Source: Gaiellaceae bacterium
GTDB lineage: Bacteria; Actinomycetota; Thermoleophilia; Gaiellales; Gaiellaceae
Length of the DNA stretch: 58,596 nucleotides
Direction of reading: 5' to 3'
Assembly (NCBI GenBank): GCA_035559835.1
Contig: DATMAP010000050.1
Location: forward strand, 1 to 58,596
The notes beneath the pieces were generated by a model that made no database searches, was not told the DNA's origin, and saw only the letters and a list, made by a program, of their open reading frames with translations. Every line of letters begins with the position of its first letter. The stretch's first letter is position 1. Of this stretch, positions 27,509 to 37,047 are shown piece after piece. The position numbers were made by a program, and so were the translations under genes.

Positions 27509-28654
27509 TCAGGCACGGGCCACCTCGTGCACGAGCTCCCGCAGCCGTTCCGCGCTCGCGTCCCACGAGAAGCGGGCGACGGCCGCGCGTCCGCGTGCGG
27601 CAAGCTCCCGGCGCAGCCCCTCGTCGGCGAGCAGCCGCTCGAGCTGTGCTCGGAGGGCGGTCGCATCTCCCGGCGGGAAGGTGAGGGCGGCATCGCCGAG
27701 CGTCTCCCGGTGAGCCGGGAGGTCGCTCACGAGCGTCGGCGCGCCGCAGGCAGCGGCCTCCACCGGCGGCAGTCCGAACCCCTCGGCGAGGGAGGGGCAG
27801 ACGACGATCGTCGCACCGCTGTACAGGCGTGCGAGCGTCTCGTCGGAGACGAAACCGGTCAGCACCGCCCGATGCTCCGGAGGAAGATGCTCCATTCGCG
27901 CACGGACGGAGGCCACCGAGGAGAGGTACGGACCCTCGAGGTCGCCGACGAGGACGAGCGGCGGCGGCGCCTCCAGCCCGGCATAGGCATCGAGGAGGGT
28001 CTCCACGTCCTTGTGCGGGCTGATTCCCGCCGCGTACAGGAGATACGGGCCGTCCGCGAGGCCCAGGGCAGCGAGCTCACGGGCTGTCTCCTCGGGTGGG
28101 CGTGGCTGGAAGGCGGGGTCGGGCGCCTCCGGCACCACCGCGACGCGCGCCTCGTCCAGCCCGAGCCGAACTGCGATCTGCCTCCGCGCCGCCTCGGAGA
28201 CGGTGAACACTCTCGCCGCCCGATGCAACGCGGTTTGCTGCTTCAACCGCCAGAAGAGGCGCGCACGCCGGGTCGGCAGCGTGAGCTCGGGGAAGTCGAG
28301 CGGCGTCGTGTCGTGGATACCGACCACGGTTGGGACGCGCAGCACCGGGAAGAACGTGTACACGGACGGGAAGAGGAACGCATCCAGCCGTGCCCGGCCG
28401 ACGGCGCGCGTCAGGCGCAGGAGGTCGGCCACCGGACGGTGGGAGCCCGCCGCTGCAGCCTGCGCTGGGGACTGCCGGAGCGGAACACGAAGCTGCTCGG
28501 CCCCGGCAGGTAGGCCCTCTGCCTCCCGTTCGTCCACGCACACCACGTACGTGGTCCCGCGATCGAGCTCGACGAGGCGGGCGAGCGCGTTTCGGGCGAA
28601 CCGGCCGTAGCCTCGACGGTTCGACCAGCTCGTGCCGTCGATCCCGACCCTCAT
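27509..28654 (-). CDS. family 4 (GT-B) glycosyltransferase
   Basis: 381 aa. ...CPSLAEGFGLPPVEAAACGAP... motif. Confidence 0.85.
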   Translation of the reverse strand: MRVGIDGTSWSNRRGYGRFARNALARLVELDRGTTYVVCVDEREAEGLPAGAEQLRVPLRQSPAQAAAAGSHRPVADLLRLTRAVGRARLDAFLFPSVYTFFPVLRVPTVVGIHDTTPLDFPELTLPTRRARLFWRLKQQTALHRAARVFTVSEAARRQIAVRLGLDEARVAVVPEAPDPAFQPRPPEETARELAALGLADGPYLLYAAGISPHKDVETLLDAYAGLEAPPPLVLVGDLEGPYLSSVASVRARMEHLPPEHRAVLTGFVSDETLARLYSGATIVVCPSLAEGFGLPPVEAAACGAPTLVSDLPAHRETLGDAALTFPPGDATALRAQLERLLADEGLRRELAARGRAAVARFSWDASAERLRELVHEVARA

Positions 28655-28667
28655 TGGACCACCGCTC

Positions 28668-29555
28668 TCACCTCACCCGGAGCAAGCTGCGCCCGCCCCC
28701 GAAGGCGTAGCCGACGGCCTCGCCGAACGCCCAGACCGAGAGGTAGGCGAGGACGAGCGGCGTCGCGGCCAGTAGCGTTCCCCGGTGACGCCGGCGGCGA
28801 AGCACGTTGCGGGCGATCCGGGAGTAGACGAGGGGGACGAGGAGCGACGAGCCGAGCGCGTACAGCGGTCGCTTCCAGCCGAGCTCCGCGTTGCGCATCC
28901 CGGCGTACGAGCGCGCGTAGTGGTACCGCTGCGCGACGAACTCGCGGAAGTCGAAGTCCTTGTCGTGCTCGATCGCGAGGTCCGGGTCGGCCCAGAGCTC
29001 GAACCCGGAGCGGCGGAGGTGCTCGTGCAGCCACGTCTCCCAGCGTCCCGCGCGCAGCAGCTCCGCCATGGCCTCGAGCGCGCGCCGATCGTAGGAGACG
29101 TTCATCCCCGGCAGCGCGCGCGCTGGGCCCTCCGGTATGGGCTCCATGTGCTCGCTGTACTCGCACAGGAAGGCCGCCCAGTCGCGCAGCCGCCGGGTCG
29201 CCGCGTTGCGGATCGGGCCGCCGACCACCGACCGGCCCGCGCGGTGCTCCGCCAGGATCCGCGCCGCCCACCCCTCGCGCACGACGCAATGGTCCTCGAT
29301 CAGGGCGACGTACGGCGCGCGTGCGGCACCGATACCTGCCGCTCGCAGCTCCGGGATCGTCCGCGGGGCATCGAACGAGACGAGGCGGACGTCGGGCCAG
29401 CGCTCGCGGACCTGTCGGCGAGTCTCCTCGTCGGTGGCGTCGGCGACGACGATCTCGGCCTCGGGGCAGCGCACGGTAAGCGCATCCAGGCATGCGCCCA
29501 GGTACGGGAAGCCGTTCACGGAGGCGACTACGACCGAGAGCTCGGGCTCGTTCAT
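28668..29555 (-). CDS. GT2-like glycosyltransferase with C-terminal TM helix (paralog A)
   Basis: ATG 29555 gives MNEPELSVVVASVNGFPYLGACLDAL...IEDHC.... By eye, similar along its length to the next gene. Confidence 0.7.
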   Translation of the reverse strand: MNEPELSVVVASVNGFPYLGACLDALTVRCPEAEIVVADATDEETRRQVRERWPDVRLVSFDAPRTIPELRAAGIGAARAPYVALIEDHCVVREGWAARILAEHRAGRSVVGGPIRNAATRRLRDWAAFLCEYSEHMEPIPEGPARALPGMNVSYDRRALEAMAELLRAGRWETWLHEHLRRSGFELWADPDLAIEHDKDFDFREFVAQRYHYARSYAGMRNAELGWKRPLYALGSSLLVPLVYSRIARNVLRRRRHRGTLLAATPLVLAYLSVWAFGEAVGYAFGGGRSLLRVR

Positions 29556-30427
29556 CGCCCACGGAGGACGTCGAGGTGCCCGAGCGCCTCCCCGGCCGCC
29601 CAGGAGACGTTGAACGCGAGCACGAGCGGCAGCGCGAGGAGCAGGCGGCCGCGGTGGCGCCGCTTGCGGAGCACCTCGCGGGCGAGGCGAGACGTGAGCA
29701 GAAGCGGGACGAGCGGCACCGCGGCGACGCCGGCCGCGTTCCGGGCGACGCCGAAGCCGGCTCCCCGCTGCCGCCCGTACGCTCGCCCGTGGACGAGGCG
29801 CTGGCGCGCGAATGCGCGCGCACCGGCGGAGCGTCCCTGTCGCACGACGAGCTCGGGGGCGTGCCAGAGGGTCGCGCCCTGGGCCTGCAGCCGGCGGTTG
29901 ACGACCGGCTCCCAGAATCCGTCCCGAGTGAGCTCGCGGACGCGGTCGAGGAGCTCGCGCTTGTAGGCGGCGTTGTCCCCGGGCAGGTCGAGGCACTCGT
30001 GGCCTTCGAACGGGAGCATGTCGCGCGCGTAGCGGCAGAAGTACTCGGCCCAGTCGGAGACGCGGAGCCCGGATCCGGGGTCGATCGCTCCGCCCACAGC
30101 GTCCACCCGCTCGTGCAGGCGCCGGATCTCCGCGACCCAGTCGGGCGCGGGCTGCATGGGCGAGATGGTCAGCGCGACGATCCTGCCGCGGCTGCGCTCG
30201 ATGCCGTCTCGCCAGAGCTCGGGGACGAGCGCGCCCGAGCGCTGGTGGAAGCGGGCCCACGGAAAGCGGCGGCGCAGGGTCTCGGAGCTGGGGGCGGGCT
30301 CGCAGACGAGCACCTCGGCGCCGTCGAGCTGGGGCTCGAGCGCCGCGAGGCAGGCGGCCATCGCGCCCGCGGCGCCGTTGCAGGCGACGACGACCGACAG
30401 CTCCGGGTCAGGCGACGAGCTCGACAT
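29552..30427 (-). CDS. GT2-like glycosyltransferase with C-terminal TM helix (paralog B)
   Basis: MSSSSPDPELSVVVACNGAAGAMAACLAAL.... Shares WA.(F/Y)(L/F)C.Y and RRRHRG..LLA.PLVLA(Y/F) segments with paralog A. ATGA overlap. Confidence 0.7.
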   Translation of the reverse strand: MSSSSPDPELSVVVACNGAAGAMAACLAALEPQLDGAEVLVCEPAPSSETLRRRFPWARFHQRSGALVPELWRDGIERSRGRIVALTISPMQPAPDWVAEIRRLHERVDAVGGAIDPGSGLRVSDWAEYFCRYARDMLPFEGHECLDLPGDNAAYKRELLDRVRELTRDGFWEPVVNRRLQAQGATLWHAPELVVRQGRSAGARAFARQRLVHGRAYGRQRGAGFGVARNAAGVAAVPLVPLLLTSRLAREVLRKRRHRGRLLLALPLVLAFNVSWAAGEALGHLDVLRGR

Positions 30428-31868
30428 CGAGCAGCTCGTCGACGATCTCGCCCTCCTCGAGGTAGGCGGCCTCGGTGTTCACCGACCACACGTCGTAGCT
30501 CGTCCCGTCGAGGAGGTTGAGCGTGGCGAGGATCGCGGTCCACATGGAGTGATCCTGGTTGTTGTAGCGGTGAAGGCCGTTGCGGCCGAAGGTCTGCAGG
30601 TTCTCGAAGTCGGCGAGGTATCGCCGCAGCACCTCCACTCGGTCGCCGTAGCGGAGGTCGTACATGGGGTACGCCTTCGGGACCCGGACCTTGACGCCCC
30701 CGAGCACGTGCGCGGGATCGATGAGCCCGATTCGCGCGAGCTCCGCGGCGGCGAGCTCGACGGCCTCGTCGTCGCGCAGCTCCCAGATCTCGTCGCCCTC
30801 GAAGCAGAAGTACTCGACTCCCAGGCAGGTCGTGTCGGGCACGACCATGCTCTCGCTCCAGGCGCCGAAGTTCTGCACGCGCCCGGCCTTCGTCTCGGGG
30901 TCGTGCAGGTAGATCCAGTTGTCCGGGAACGGCTCCGGGTCGGAGGTGATCAGGGCGACCAGGACGAAGTCCCGGTAGCGCAGGCCGCGGGCGGCTTCCA
31001 CCACCTCGGGAGGCGGCGGCGGATCGAGCGAGAGGACGAGCTCGCTCAGCGGGATGCTGGAGAGGACCGCGTCCACCGGCACCTCCGTGTCCCGTCCGTT
31101 CGAGCGCAGGACGATGCTCTCGACGCACCCCTGGGCATGGCGGATCGAGACGCAGCGCTGGCTCAGGTTGACCGGAATGCCGCGCTCCTCCACGAAGCAG
31201 CGGAAGGCATCCCACATCTGGCCCGGCCCCAGGCGCGGGTACTGGAACTCCTCGATCAAGGTCGTGACGTTCCTGCGCAACCCGACCAGGCCCAACATGG
31301 CCCGCCAGAAGGAGAAGTTCTTGATGCGCTGGGCGGCCCACGCCGACTGGATCTCCGTGCCGGGGATGCCCCACACCTTTTCCGTGTAAGACTGGAAGAA
31401 CGAGTGGTAGAGCCGCCTGCCGAAGCGACTGGTGACCCAGTCCTCGAACGTCACCGGCTCGGGCGGGCGCTTGATCTTCGTCCAGAAGTAGGAGAGCGCG
31501 CAGAGCGTGGACTCGAGGAGGCCGAGCCGGCCGACGACGTCGCGCGCCACGAGCGGGTAGCGGAGATACCGGCCCTGGTAGTAGATGCGCGAGAGGCGAG
31601 GGCGCGTAAGAAAGTCCTCGCCGAGCATGGATCGCCACAACCGTTCGATCGGCGCCAGCTTCGTGAAGAAGCGGTGACCGCCGAGGTCGAAGCGGTAGCC
31701 GCCGAACTCGACCGTCTTGGCGAGGCCGCCGACGACGGCGTCCGCCTCGAAGACAGCGCCCTCCTGCTCGCGGAGGGCGAGGACGTAGGCGGCCGTCAGC
31801 CCAGCCGGGCCGGCTCCCAGGACGGCTGTCCCGACCGAAGTGCGATCCATATCCACGTGCGACGACAA
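30408..31868 (-). CDS. FAD/NAD(P)-binding oxidoreductase (amine-oxidase / UDP-galactopyranose-mutase-like)
   Basis: VLGAGPAGLTAAY dinucleotide-binding motif. ...GRNGLHRYNNQDHSM... near the C-terminus. Start ATG 31868 or 31850. Confidence 0.75.
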   Translation of the reverse strand: MSSHVDMDRTSVGTAVLGAGPAGLTAAYVLALREQEGAVFEADAVVGGLAKTVEFGGYRFDLGGHRFFTKLAPIERLWRSMLGEDFLTRPRLSRIYYQGRYLRYPLVARDVVGRLGLLESTLCALSYFWTKIKRPPEPVTFEDWVTSRFGRRLYHSFFQSYTEKVWGIPGTEIQSAWAAQRIKNFSFWRAMLGLVGLRRNVTTLIEEFQYPRLGPGQMWDAFRCFVEERGIPVNLSQRCVSIRHAQGCVESIVLRSNGRDTEVPVDAVLSSIPLSELVLSLDPPPPPEVVEAARGLRYRDFVLVALITSDPEPFPDNWIYLHDPETKAGRVQNFGAWSESMVVPDTTCLGVEYFCFEGDEIWELRDDEAVELAAAELARIGLIDPAHVLGGVKVRVPKAYPMYDLRYGDRVEVLRRYLADFENLQTFGRNGLHRYNNQDHSMWTAILATLNLLDGTSYDVWSVNTEAAYLEEGEIVDELLDVELVA

Positions 31869-31935
31869 GGCGAGGAGTCTAGACGAGCCCTCTTACGAGA
31901 TCGCCGGGCCAGGGTGTGCGAGGATCGGCTCGTCC

Positions 31936-32820
31936 GTGGCTGAGCCCCCGGTCAGAGTCCTCTACGTCGCGGGCGTCTCGCACTGCGGGAGCACGCTCGT
32001 CGGTGCCGTGCTCGGCCAGGTCGAGGGCGTCTTCTTCGCCGGGGAGCTCGCCCATGTGGCGCGTGCGCTCGAGCGCGACCTCGACTGTGGCTGCGGGCGC
32101 CCGCTCCGCGAGTGCCCGGTGTGGACGGACGTCTTCGCCGCGCTCGGCGAGGGCACGCCGCCCGACCTCCTCAGGCTCGAGCACGCCGAGGAGCGTGCCC
32201 GAGCCCTTCTCCGCCACCTCGCTCGCGAGCGAGGTTGGCTGCGACCCTCGCCGCCGGTCGAGAAGGCACGGGCCGCGTACATCGAGGCGCTGCGCGCCAT
32301 CTGCGCGACGACGGGAAGCAGGCTCGTGGTCGACTCCTCCAAGTCGCCGGCGTACGGACGCCTGCTCGACGTTTCGGACGGTGTCGACCTGCGCGTGCTC
32401 CACCTCGTCCGCGATCCCCGGGGGACGGCGTGGTCGTGGCGGAAAGCCCCTGAGCTGACCTCCAGCCCCGTGCAGGTCGCGGCCGTCTGGAGCGTCTGGA
32501 ACCCGACCATCGAGCTGCTCTGGCGCCGTCGCCGCGGGCGCTACCTGCGGCTCCGCTACGAGGACTTCGCTCGCGCCCCGCGGGAGTCGCTGCGGCGCGT
32601 CCTCGACTTCGCAGGCGAGCCTGGTGCCGAGCTCCCGTTCGTCTCGGAGCGAGAGGTCGAGCTCGCTCCTACGCACGGCGTCGCGGGGAACCGGCGCTTC
32701 GCGGGCGCCGGGCGGGTGGAGATCGTCTGCGACGACGACTGGCAGAAGGCGTCGGGCTTCTCGGGGCGGCGCACGGTCTCGGCCTTGACCTGGCCGCTCC
32801 GTCGCCGCTACGGGTACTGA
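31936..32820 (+). CDS. sulfotransferase family protein
   Basis: GTG 31936 preferred, because the track start 31840 overlaps the divergent gene. PAPS 5'-phosphate loop-like GVSHCGSTL and 3'-phosphate motif HLVRDPRG. Confidence 0.75.
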   Translation: MAEPPVRVLYVAGVSHCGSTLVGAVLGQVEGVFFAGELAHVARALERDLDCGCGRPLRECPVWTDVFAALGEGTPPDLLRLEHAEERARALLRHLARERGWLRPSPPVEKARAAYIEALRAICATTGSRLVVDSSKSPAYGRLLDVSDGVDLRVLHLVRDPRGTAWSWRKAPELTSSPVQVAAVWSVWNPTIELLWRRRRGRYLRLRYEDFARAPRESLRRVLDFAGEPGAELPFVSEREVELAPTHGVAGNRRFAGAGRVEIVCDDDWQKASGFSGRRTVSALTWPLRRRYGY

Positions 32821-32821
32821 C

Positions 32822-33820
32822 ATGGAGGCGCTCCGCTCGCGGCCGTTCACGGTCCTGAACCGGCAGATGGAGGTCCACCCAGACCGGGTGGCGTGGCCGA
32901 CCGCGATCCTCTCTGCGATGGGCTTTCACGTCCGGCAGGTGGGGGATGGTCCGCTCGCGACATCGCCGGGGGAGGTCGTGCTCGTCTGGGGCAACCCGCT
33001 GTGGTTCCCGAGGGCGCTGCGCTCGCTCCTCGACCTGCCGGCGGGGCGGCGCCCGATGACCGTGATCTGGCATGTGGAGCCTCTTCCGCTGCCGCGCGCT
33101 GCAGGGCTCCGACGCCCGCTCTTGCGCCCACGAGAGCTTGCGAAGATCGCCCTCCGCGACCCGCGCGTGAGCGACGTCTACTCGAACTACCGCAGCCTCG
33201 CTCGATTGGCCCGCCTCGGAGTGCCCGACGTCCTCGCCGTGACCACGCGCGAGCGCGCGACCTTCCTGGCCGAGCGGGGGCTCGACGCGGTGGTCGTCCC
33301 GTACGGGTACGTGCCCGAGGACGGTCGCGACCTGGCGCTCGAGCGGGACCTCGACGTGCTCTTCCTGGGGACGCTCGGGATCCGGCGCCGGCGCGACGCC
33401 GTTCGGCGTCTCCGCCGTGCCGGGATCCGGGTCGAAGCGGTGGGCAGCTACCACGATCCCGCTCTCTGGGGCGAGGAGCGGACGAAGCTCGTCAACCGCG
33501 CGAAGATCATGCTCAGCGTCGCCCGCTTCCCCGGAACGCTCGCCGGCAAGCGTTTCCTCATCGGGATGGCGTGCAAGGCGCTCGTCCTCTCCGACCCGCT
33601 CTACGACCCCGCGCCGTACGAGCGCGGTGTTCACTTCGTCGAGGCACCGCTCGAACTCCTGCCGGAGGTCGCCGCACGGTACCTCGCCGACGAGAGCGAG
33701 CGGCTGCGGGTTGCCGAGCAGGGCCATGCCTTCGCAACCCGGGAACTGACCATGGAGCGCAGCGTGGGGCTCCTCCTCGACGCCGTCGCAGCGCGGCTGC
33801 GGGAGAAGGCTGTCCGGTAG
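32822..33820 (+). CDS. glycosyltransferase-like protein (CgeB/DUF3880-like GT-B C-terminal domain)
   Basis: 332 aa. ...DVLFLGTLG.RRR..., ...INRAKIMLSV... resembles spore-maturation CgeB-type GT-like proteins. Weak call made by eye. Confidence 0.5.
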   Translation: MEALRSRPFTVLNRQMEVHPDRVAWPTAILSAMGFHVRQVGDGPLATSPGEVVLVWGNPLWFPRALRSLLDLPAGRRPMTVIWHVEPLPLPRAAGLRRPLLRPRELAKIALRDPRVSDVYSNYRSLARLARLGVPDVLAVTTRERATFLAERGLDAVVVPYGYVPEDGRDLALERDLDVLFLGTLGIRRRRDAVRRLRRAGIRVEAVGSYHDPALWGEERTKLVNRAKIMLSVARFPGTLAGKRFLIGMACKALVLSDPLYDPAPYERGVHFVEAPLELLPEVAARYLADESERLRVAEQGHAFATRELTMERSVGLLLDAVAARLREKAVR

Positions 33821-33859
33821 CATCCCCGCCCACTATCGTCCAGGTCGTCGTCTGAGGAG

Positions 33860-34921
33860 ATGCGGTTCGGGCTCGTCGGTCTCGGCTGGGCGGCGCGCGC
33901 ATTCCACCTTCCTGCCCTGAGGACGGTTCCGGGCGCACAGATCGTCGGCGGCGCCGACTCGTCGGCGGAGCAGCGGGAGTCGTTCTCCCGCGCGACCGGC
34001 GTCCCCGTGTTCGGAACGCTCGATGAGCTCCTCGAACGGACGCTGCCGGACGTCGTGGTGGTGGGCACACCTCCCGACTCGCACCTCGAGCTCTGCCTCG
34101 GTGCCCTCGCAGGCGGCGCGCACGTGATCTGCGAGAAGCCCTTCGTCGGGAGCGCGGAGGAAGCGGACCGCGTGCTTGCCGCCGCGGAGGCGGCAGGGCG
34201 GAGAGTCGCGGTCAATCACGAGTACCGCGAGAAGCCGATCTTCCGAGCAGTCAAAGAGCGGATCGGCGCTCCCGACGTGGGCCGCCTCGTCTTCTGTCAG
34301 ATCGTGCAGCTCATGGACCTCGCCCCCTGGGAGGAGCCTGTTCCCTGGCGGCGGGCGATGCCGAACCGCACCCTGTTCGAGGGTGGTGTCCACCTCGTCG
34401 ACCTGTTGCTCATGCTCTATGGTGAGCGGCCCGAAGCGGTGTACGCGCGCCGCTCCGCGGGCCTCGACTCCGAGCGGGAGGCGGATGCGATCCAGCTGCT
34501 CACGCTCGAGTTTCCCGGCGGCAGGCTCGCGCAGATCACGATCGACCGGCTCTGCCGGGCGGGGACGCGGTACATCGAGCTCCGCGCAGACTGCGAGCAC
34601 GCCTCGCTGCGTGCCTCGCACGGGGGGCGCGTGCTCTTGCAGCTGGGCATGAAGCGAGCCGAGCGGCCCGGGCTTCGGTTCGTCTACGGGCTCGGAGGTG
34701 TCGCCTGGCTCGAGCGTGGGACGCGTCGGAAGACGCTCGCCCGCAGCCCGCGGAATCCCGGGGTCGTCGCCACGGGGGCGCTCTTCCGCAAGATCGCGGC
34801 TGCGCTCGAGGAGGGCCGGGAGCCGCCGTCGAGCGGTCGCGAGGCCCGCGACGGGCTCGAGGTCGTGGACGCGGCCTACCGGTCGGCGGCGACTGGGCTG
34901 CGAGTCGAGCTCGCGCCCTGA
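33860..34921 (+). CDS. Gfo/Idh/MocA-family oxidoreductase
   Basis: MRFGLVGLGWAA Rossmann start and EKP motif (ICEKPF). Confidence 0.85.
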   Translation: MRFGLVGLGWAARAFHLPALRTVPGAQIVGGADSSAEQRESFSRATGVPVFGTLDELLERTLPDVVVVGTPPDSHLELCLGALAGGAHVICEKPFVGSAEEADRVLAAAEAAGRRVAVNHEYREKPIFRAVKERIGAPDVGRLVFCQIVQLMDLAPWEEPVPWRRAMPNRTLFEGGVHLVDLLLMLYGERPEAVYARRSAGLDSEREADAIQLLTLEFPGGRLAQITIDRLCRAGTRYIELRADCEHASLRASHGGRVLLQLGMKRAERPGLRFVYGLGGVAWLERGTRRKTLARSPRNPGVVATGALFRKIAAALEEGREPPSSGREARDGLEVVDAAYRSAATGLRVELAP

Positions 34922-34924
34922 GGC

Positions 34925-36316
34925 TCAGGGTGACACGATGCGGAGCGAGGCGCGGTCTCCCGCGGTGCGTCCGTCCGCTGCACGCGCGACGAGGCGGAGG
35001 TCGTAGAGCCCGATTTTGAGCCGGGCGCGGAGCACGACCGCCCCTCGACCCGCCTCGGCGGAGGTGGTCGCCTGCGCGACCACGCGGCCGCGCCGGCGGA
35101 CGAGGAGGACCACGCGGGCGGAGCGGTTCACCGCGAACCGGATCGTGACGGGCTCCTGGGACCGCGCGCGGTACGCGCGGGCGAGGAGCCGCGCCGTGAG
35201 CGGCGCCCGCAGGTCGATCGAGACGAGCCGCACGCGGTTGTTCGCGGCGTCGCCGATCAGGTAGCCACGCTGGTTGGCGAGCACTGCGATCGCCTTCGGC
35301 TCGAAGAGGACCGCCTCGCTGGCGGAGCTCCCGTCACCACCGAACCCGACCGCTCCGGTCCCGGCGGCGGTCGTGATGACTCCACGCGCGTCGACCCGTC
35401 GGATGCGGTGGTTTCCCGTATCCGCGATGAGGAAGCCGCCGTCCGGAAGAGCCGCGACGGCGTGGGGCTCGTTCAGCCGGGCGGCGACCGCAGGGCCTCC
35501 GTCGCCGGAGTAGCCGGCCACGCCTGTGCCGGCGACGGTCGTGATCGTCCCGTCCGGCCAGACGCGCCGGACGCGGTTCCCCCTCCGCTCGACGATGAGG
35601 AAGCCGCCGTCCGCAACCGGCGAGACCCCGAAGGGGCCGTCGAGCTCAGCCGCCGTGGCCGGGCCCCCGTCCCCCGCCGAGCCGGCCACTCCGGTGCCGG
35701 CGACCGTCCGGATCCGTCCGTCGAGGCCGACGAGGCGGATGCGGTTGTTGCCGGAGTCAGGGATGAGAAGCTCGCCCGTGGGGAGAGCGGCGATCCCGCG
35801 GGGAAGGCTGAGCTCTGCCTGCCTCGCCGGCCCCCCGTCGCCCGAATAGCCGGCCACGCCTGTGCCGACGACGGTTGTGATCGTCCCATTCGGCGCCACG
35901 CGCCGAATGCGGTTGTTCAGCATGTCGGCCAGCACGTAGCCACCGTCCGGGAGGAGCGCGACGCCGTGCACGAAGTCGAGCTCCGCGGCCACAGCAGGCC
36001 CTCCGTCCCCGGAGAAGCCTGCGCTCCCTGTGCCGGCCACCGTCGTGATCGTGCCGTCGGCGCGCACGAGTCGAACCGTGTTGTTGAACGGCTCTGCGAA
36101 CAGGAAGCCGCCTCCCGGCAGCGCTGCGATCCCGCGTGGGTGCCCGATCTCGGCCTCGGTCGCGGGGCCGCCGTCTCCGCTGCGCCCGGCGACGCCCGTG
36201 CCGGCGACGGTGGTGATCGTTCCGACCCGGTGGGAGACGGCCCGGACGTCGCCGGGGAGCCAGGCGAGCGCGACTGCCAGGACGAGCGCGACGACGGCGG
36301 AGGTCTGGGTGCGCAT
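34925..36316 (-). CDS. secreted NHL-repeat beta-propeller protein
   Basis: Signal peptide, then six copies of ...ITTVAGTG.AG.SGDGGPA..A.L..P.G.A.L.DGG.L.AD..N.RIRRV..., followed by a roughly 100-aa Arg-rich beta-sandwich-like tail. Confidence 0.8.
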   Translation of the reverse strand: MRTQTSAVVALVLAVALAWLPGDVRAVSHRVGTITTVAGTGVAGRSGDGGPATEAEIGHPRGIAALPGGGFLFAEPFNNTVRLVRADGTITTVAGTGSAGFSGDGGPAVAAELDFVHGVALLPDGGYVLADMLNNRIRRVAPNGTITTVVGTGVAGYSGDGGPARQAELSLPRGIAALPTGELLIPDSGNNRIRLVGLDGRIRTVAGTGVAGSAGDGGPATAAELDGPFGVSPVADGGFLIVERRGNRVRRVWPDGTITTVAGTGVAGYSGDGGPAVAARLNEPHAVAALPDGGFLIADTGNHRIRRVDARGVITTAAGTGAVGFGGDGSSASEAVLFEPKAIAVLANQRGYLIGDAANNRVRLVSIDLRAPLTARLLARAYRARSQEPVTIRFAVNRSARVVLLVRRRGRVVAQATTSAEAGRGAVVLRARLKIGLYDLRLVARAADGRTAGDRASLRIVSP

Positions 36317-36330
36317 CCGCTCCTACGCGA

Positions 36331-37047
36331 CTAGGGCACGTACGCGCGGCGCACGTCGTCGAAGGTCCCGTCGGCCGCCACCGAGCCCTCGTGGAGCCAC
36401 AGCCCGCGGTTGCAGAGACGCTCGAGCAGCGGGTGGTCGTGTCCGGCGGCGACGAGCATGCCGCCGCGCCGCAGCAGGCGGTGCGCCTCCGCCTCCACGA
36501 GCTCGCGGAAGTCGTGGTCGAGCGCCTCGTGCACCTCGTCGAGGAGGAGGATCGAGGGCATCGCCTGCATGGCGATGGCGAACGAGAGGCGTGCCCGCAT
36601 ACCCTGCGAGTAGCTCGAGATCGGCCGATCGAAGGCGTCGCCGAGCGCGGTCCAGTCCCGGAGCTCATCCAGCGCCCGCCGGATGTGAGAGCGCGGCATC
36701 CCGGCGAGGACGCCGAGGAGGAGCGCGTTCTCCCGGCCCGTGAGGGCAGGGGTCAGGCCGGCGTCCACGGAGAGGAGCGACGCCACCCGTCCCCGCACGA
36801 GCAGGCGCCCCGCGTCGGGGCAGAGCACGCCGGCGAGCGTCCGCAGGAGCGTCGTCTTCCCCGAGCCGCTCGCGCCGACGAGCGCCACCGCGTCACCGGG
36901 AGCGAGTGCGAACGTGACGTCGCGGATGCCCCACGTCTCCGTCCCGCGGCGGCGGAGGCGCGCCAGGGTAGAGGTGACCACGCGCCGCTGCCGGTCGAAA
37001 CGGAAACGCACGCCAACTCCCTGCGCGGCGATGGTCGCGGTGGTCAT
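36331..37047 (-). CDS. ABC transporter ATP-binding protein (Wzt/TagH-type glycan exporter, short form)
   Basis: ATG 37047. Walker A GASGSGKTTL, signature YSQGMRARL, Walker B LLLDEV. Only 238 aa, so there is no C-terminal carbohydrate-binding extension. Confidence 0.85.
   Translation of the reverse strand: MTTATIAAQGVGVRFRFDRQRRVVTSTLARLRRRGTETWGIRDVTFALAPGDAVALVGASGSGKTTLLRTLAGVLCPDAGRLLVRGRVASLLSVDAGLTPALTGRENALLLGVLAGMPRSHIRRALDELRDWTALGDAFDRPISSYSQGMRARLSFAIAMQAMPSILLLDEVHEALDHDFRELVEAEAHRLLRRGGMLVAAGHDHPLLERLCNRGLWLHEGSVAADGTFDDVRRAYVP

Noticed and set aside
26293-27693. 67-codon N-terminal extension of the first GT4 gene
   Set aside because: The extension overlaps the 3' end of the upstream GT4 gene and is Pro/Arg/Ser-rich. 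MVTTFYPPYHFGG at ATG 27492 matches the usual GT4 N-terminus.
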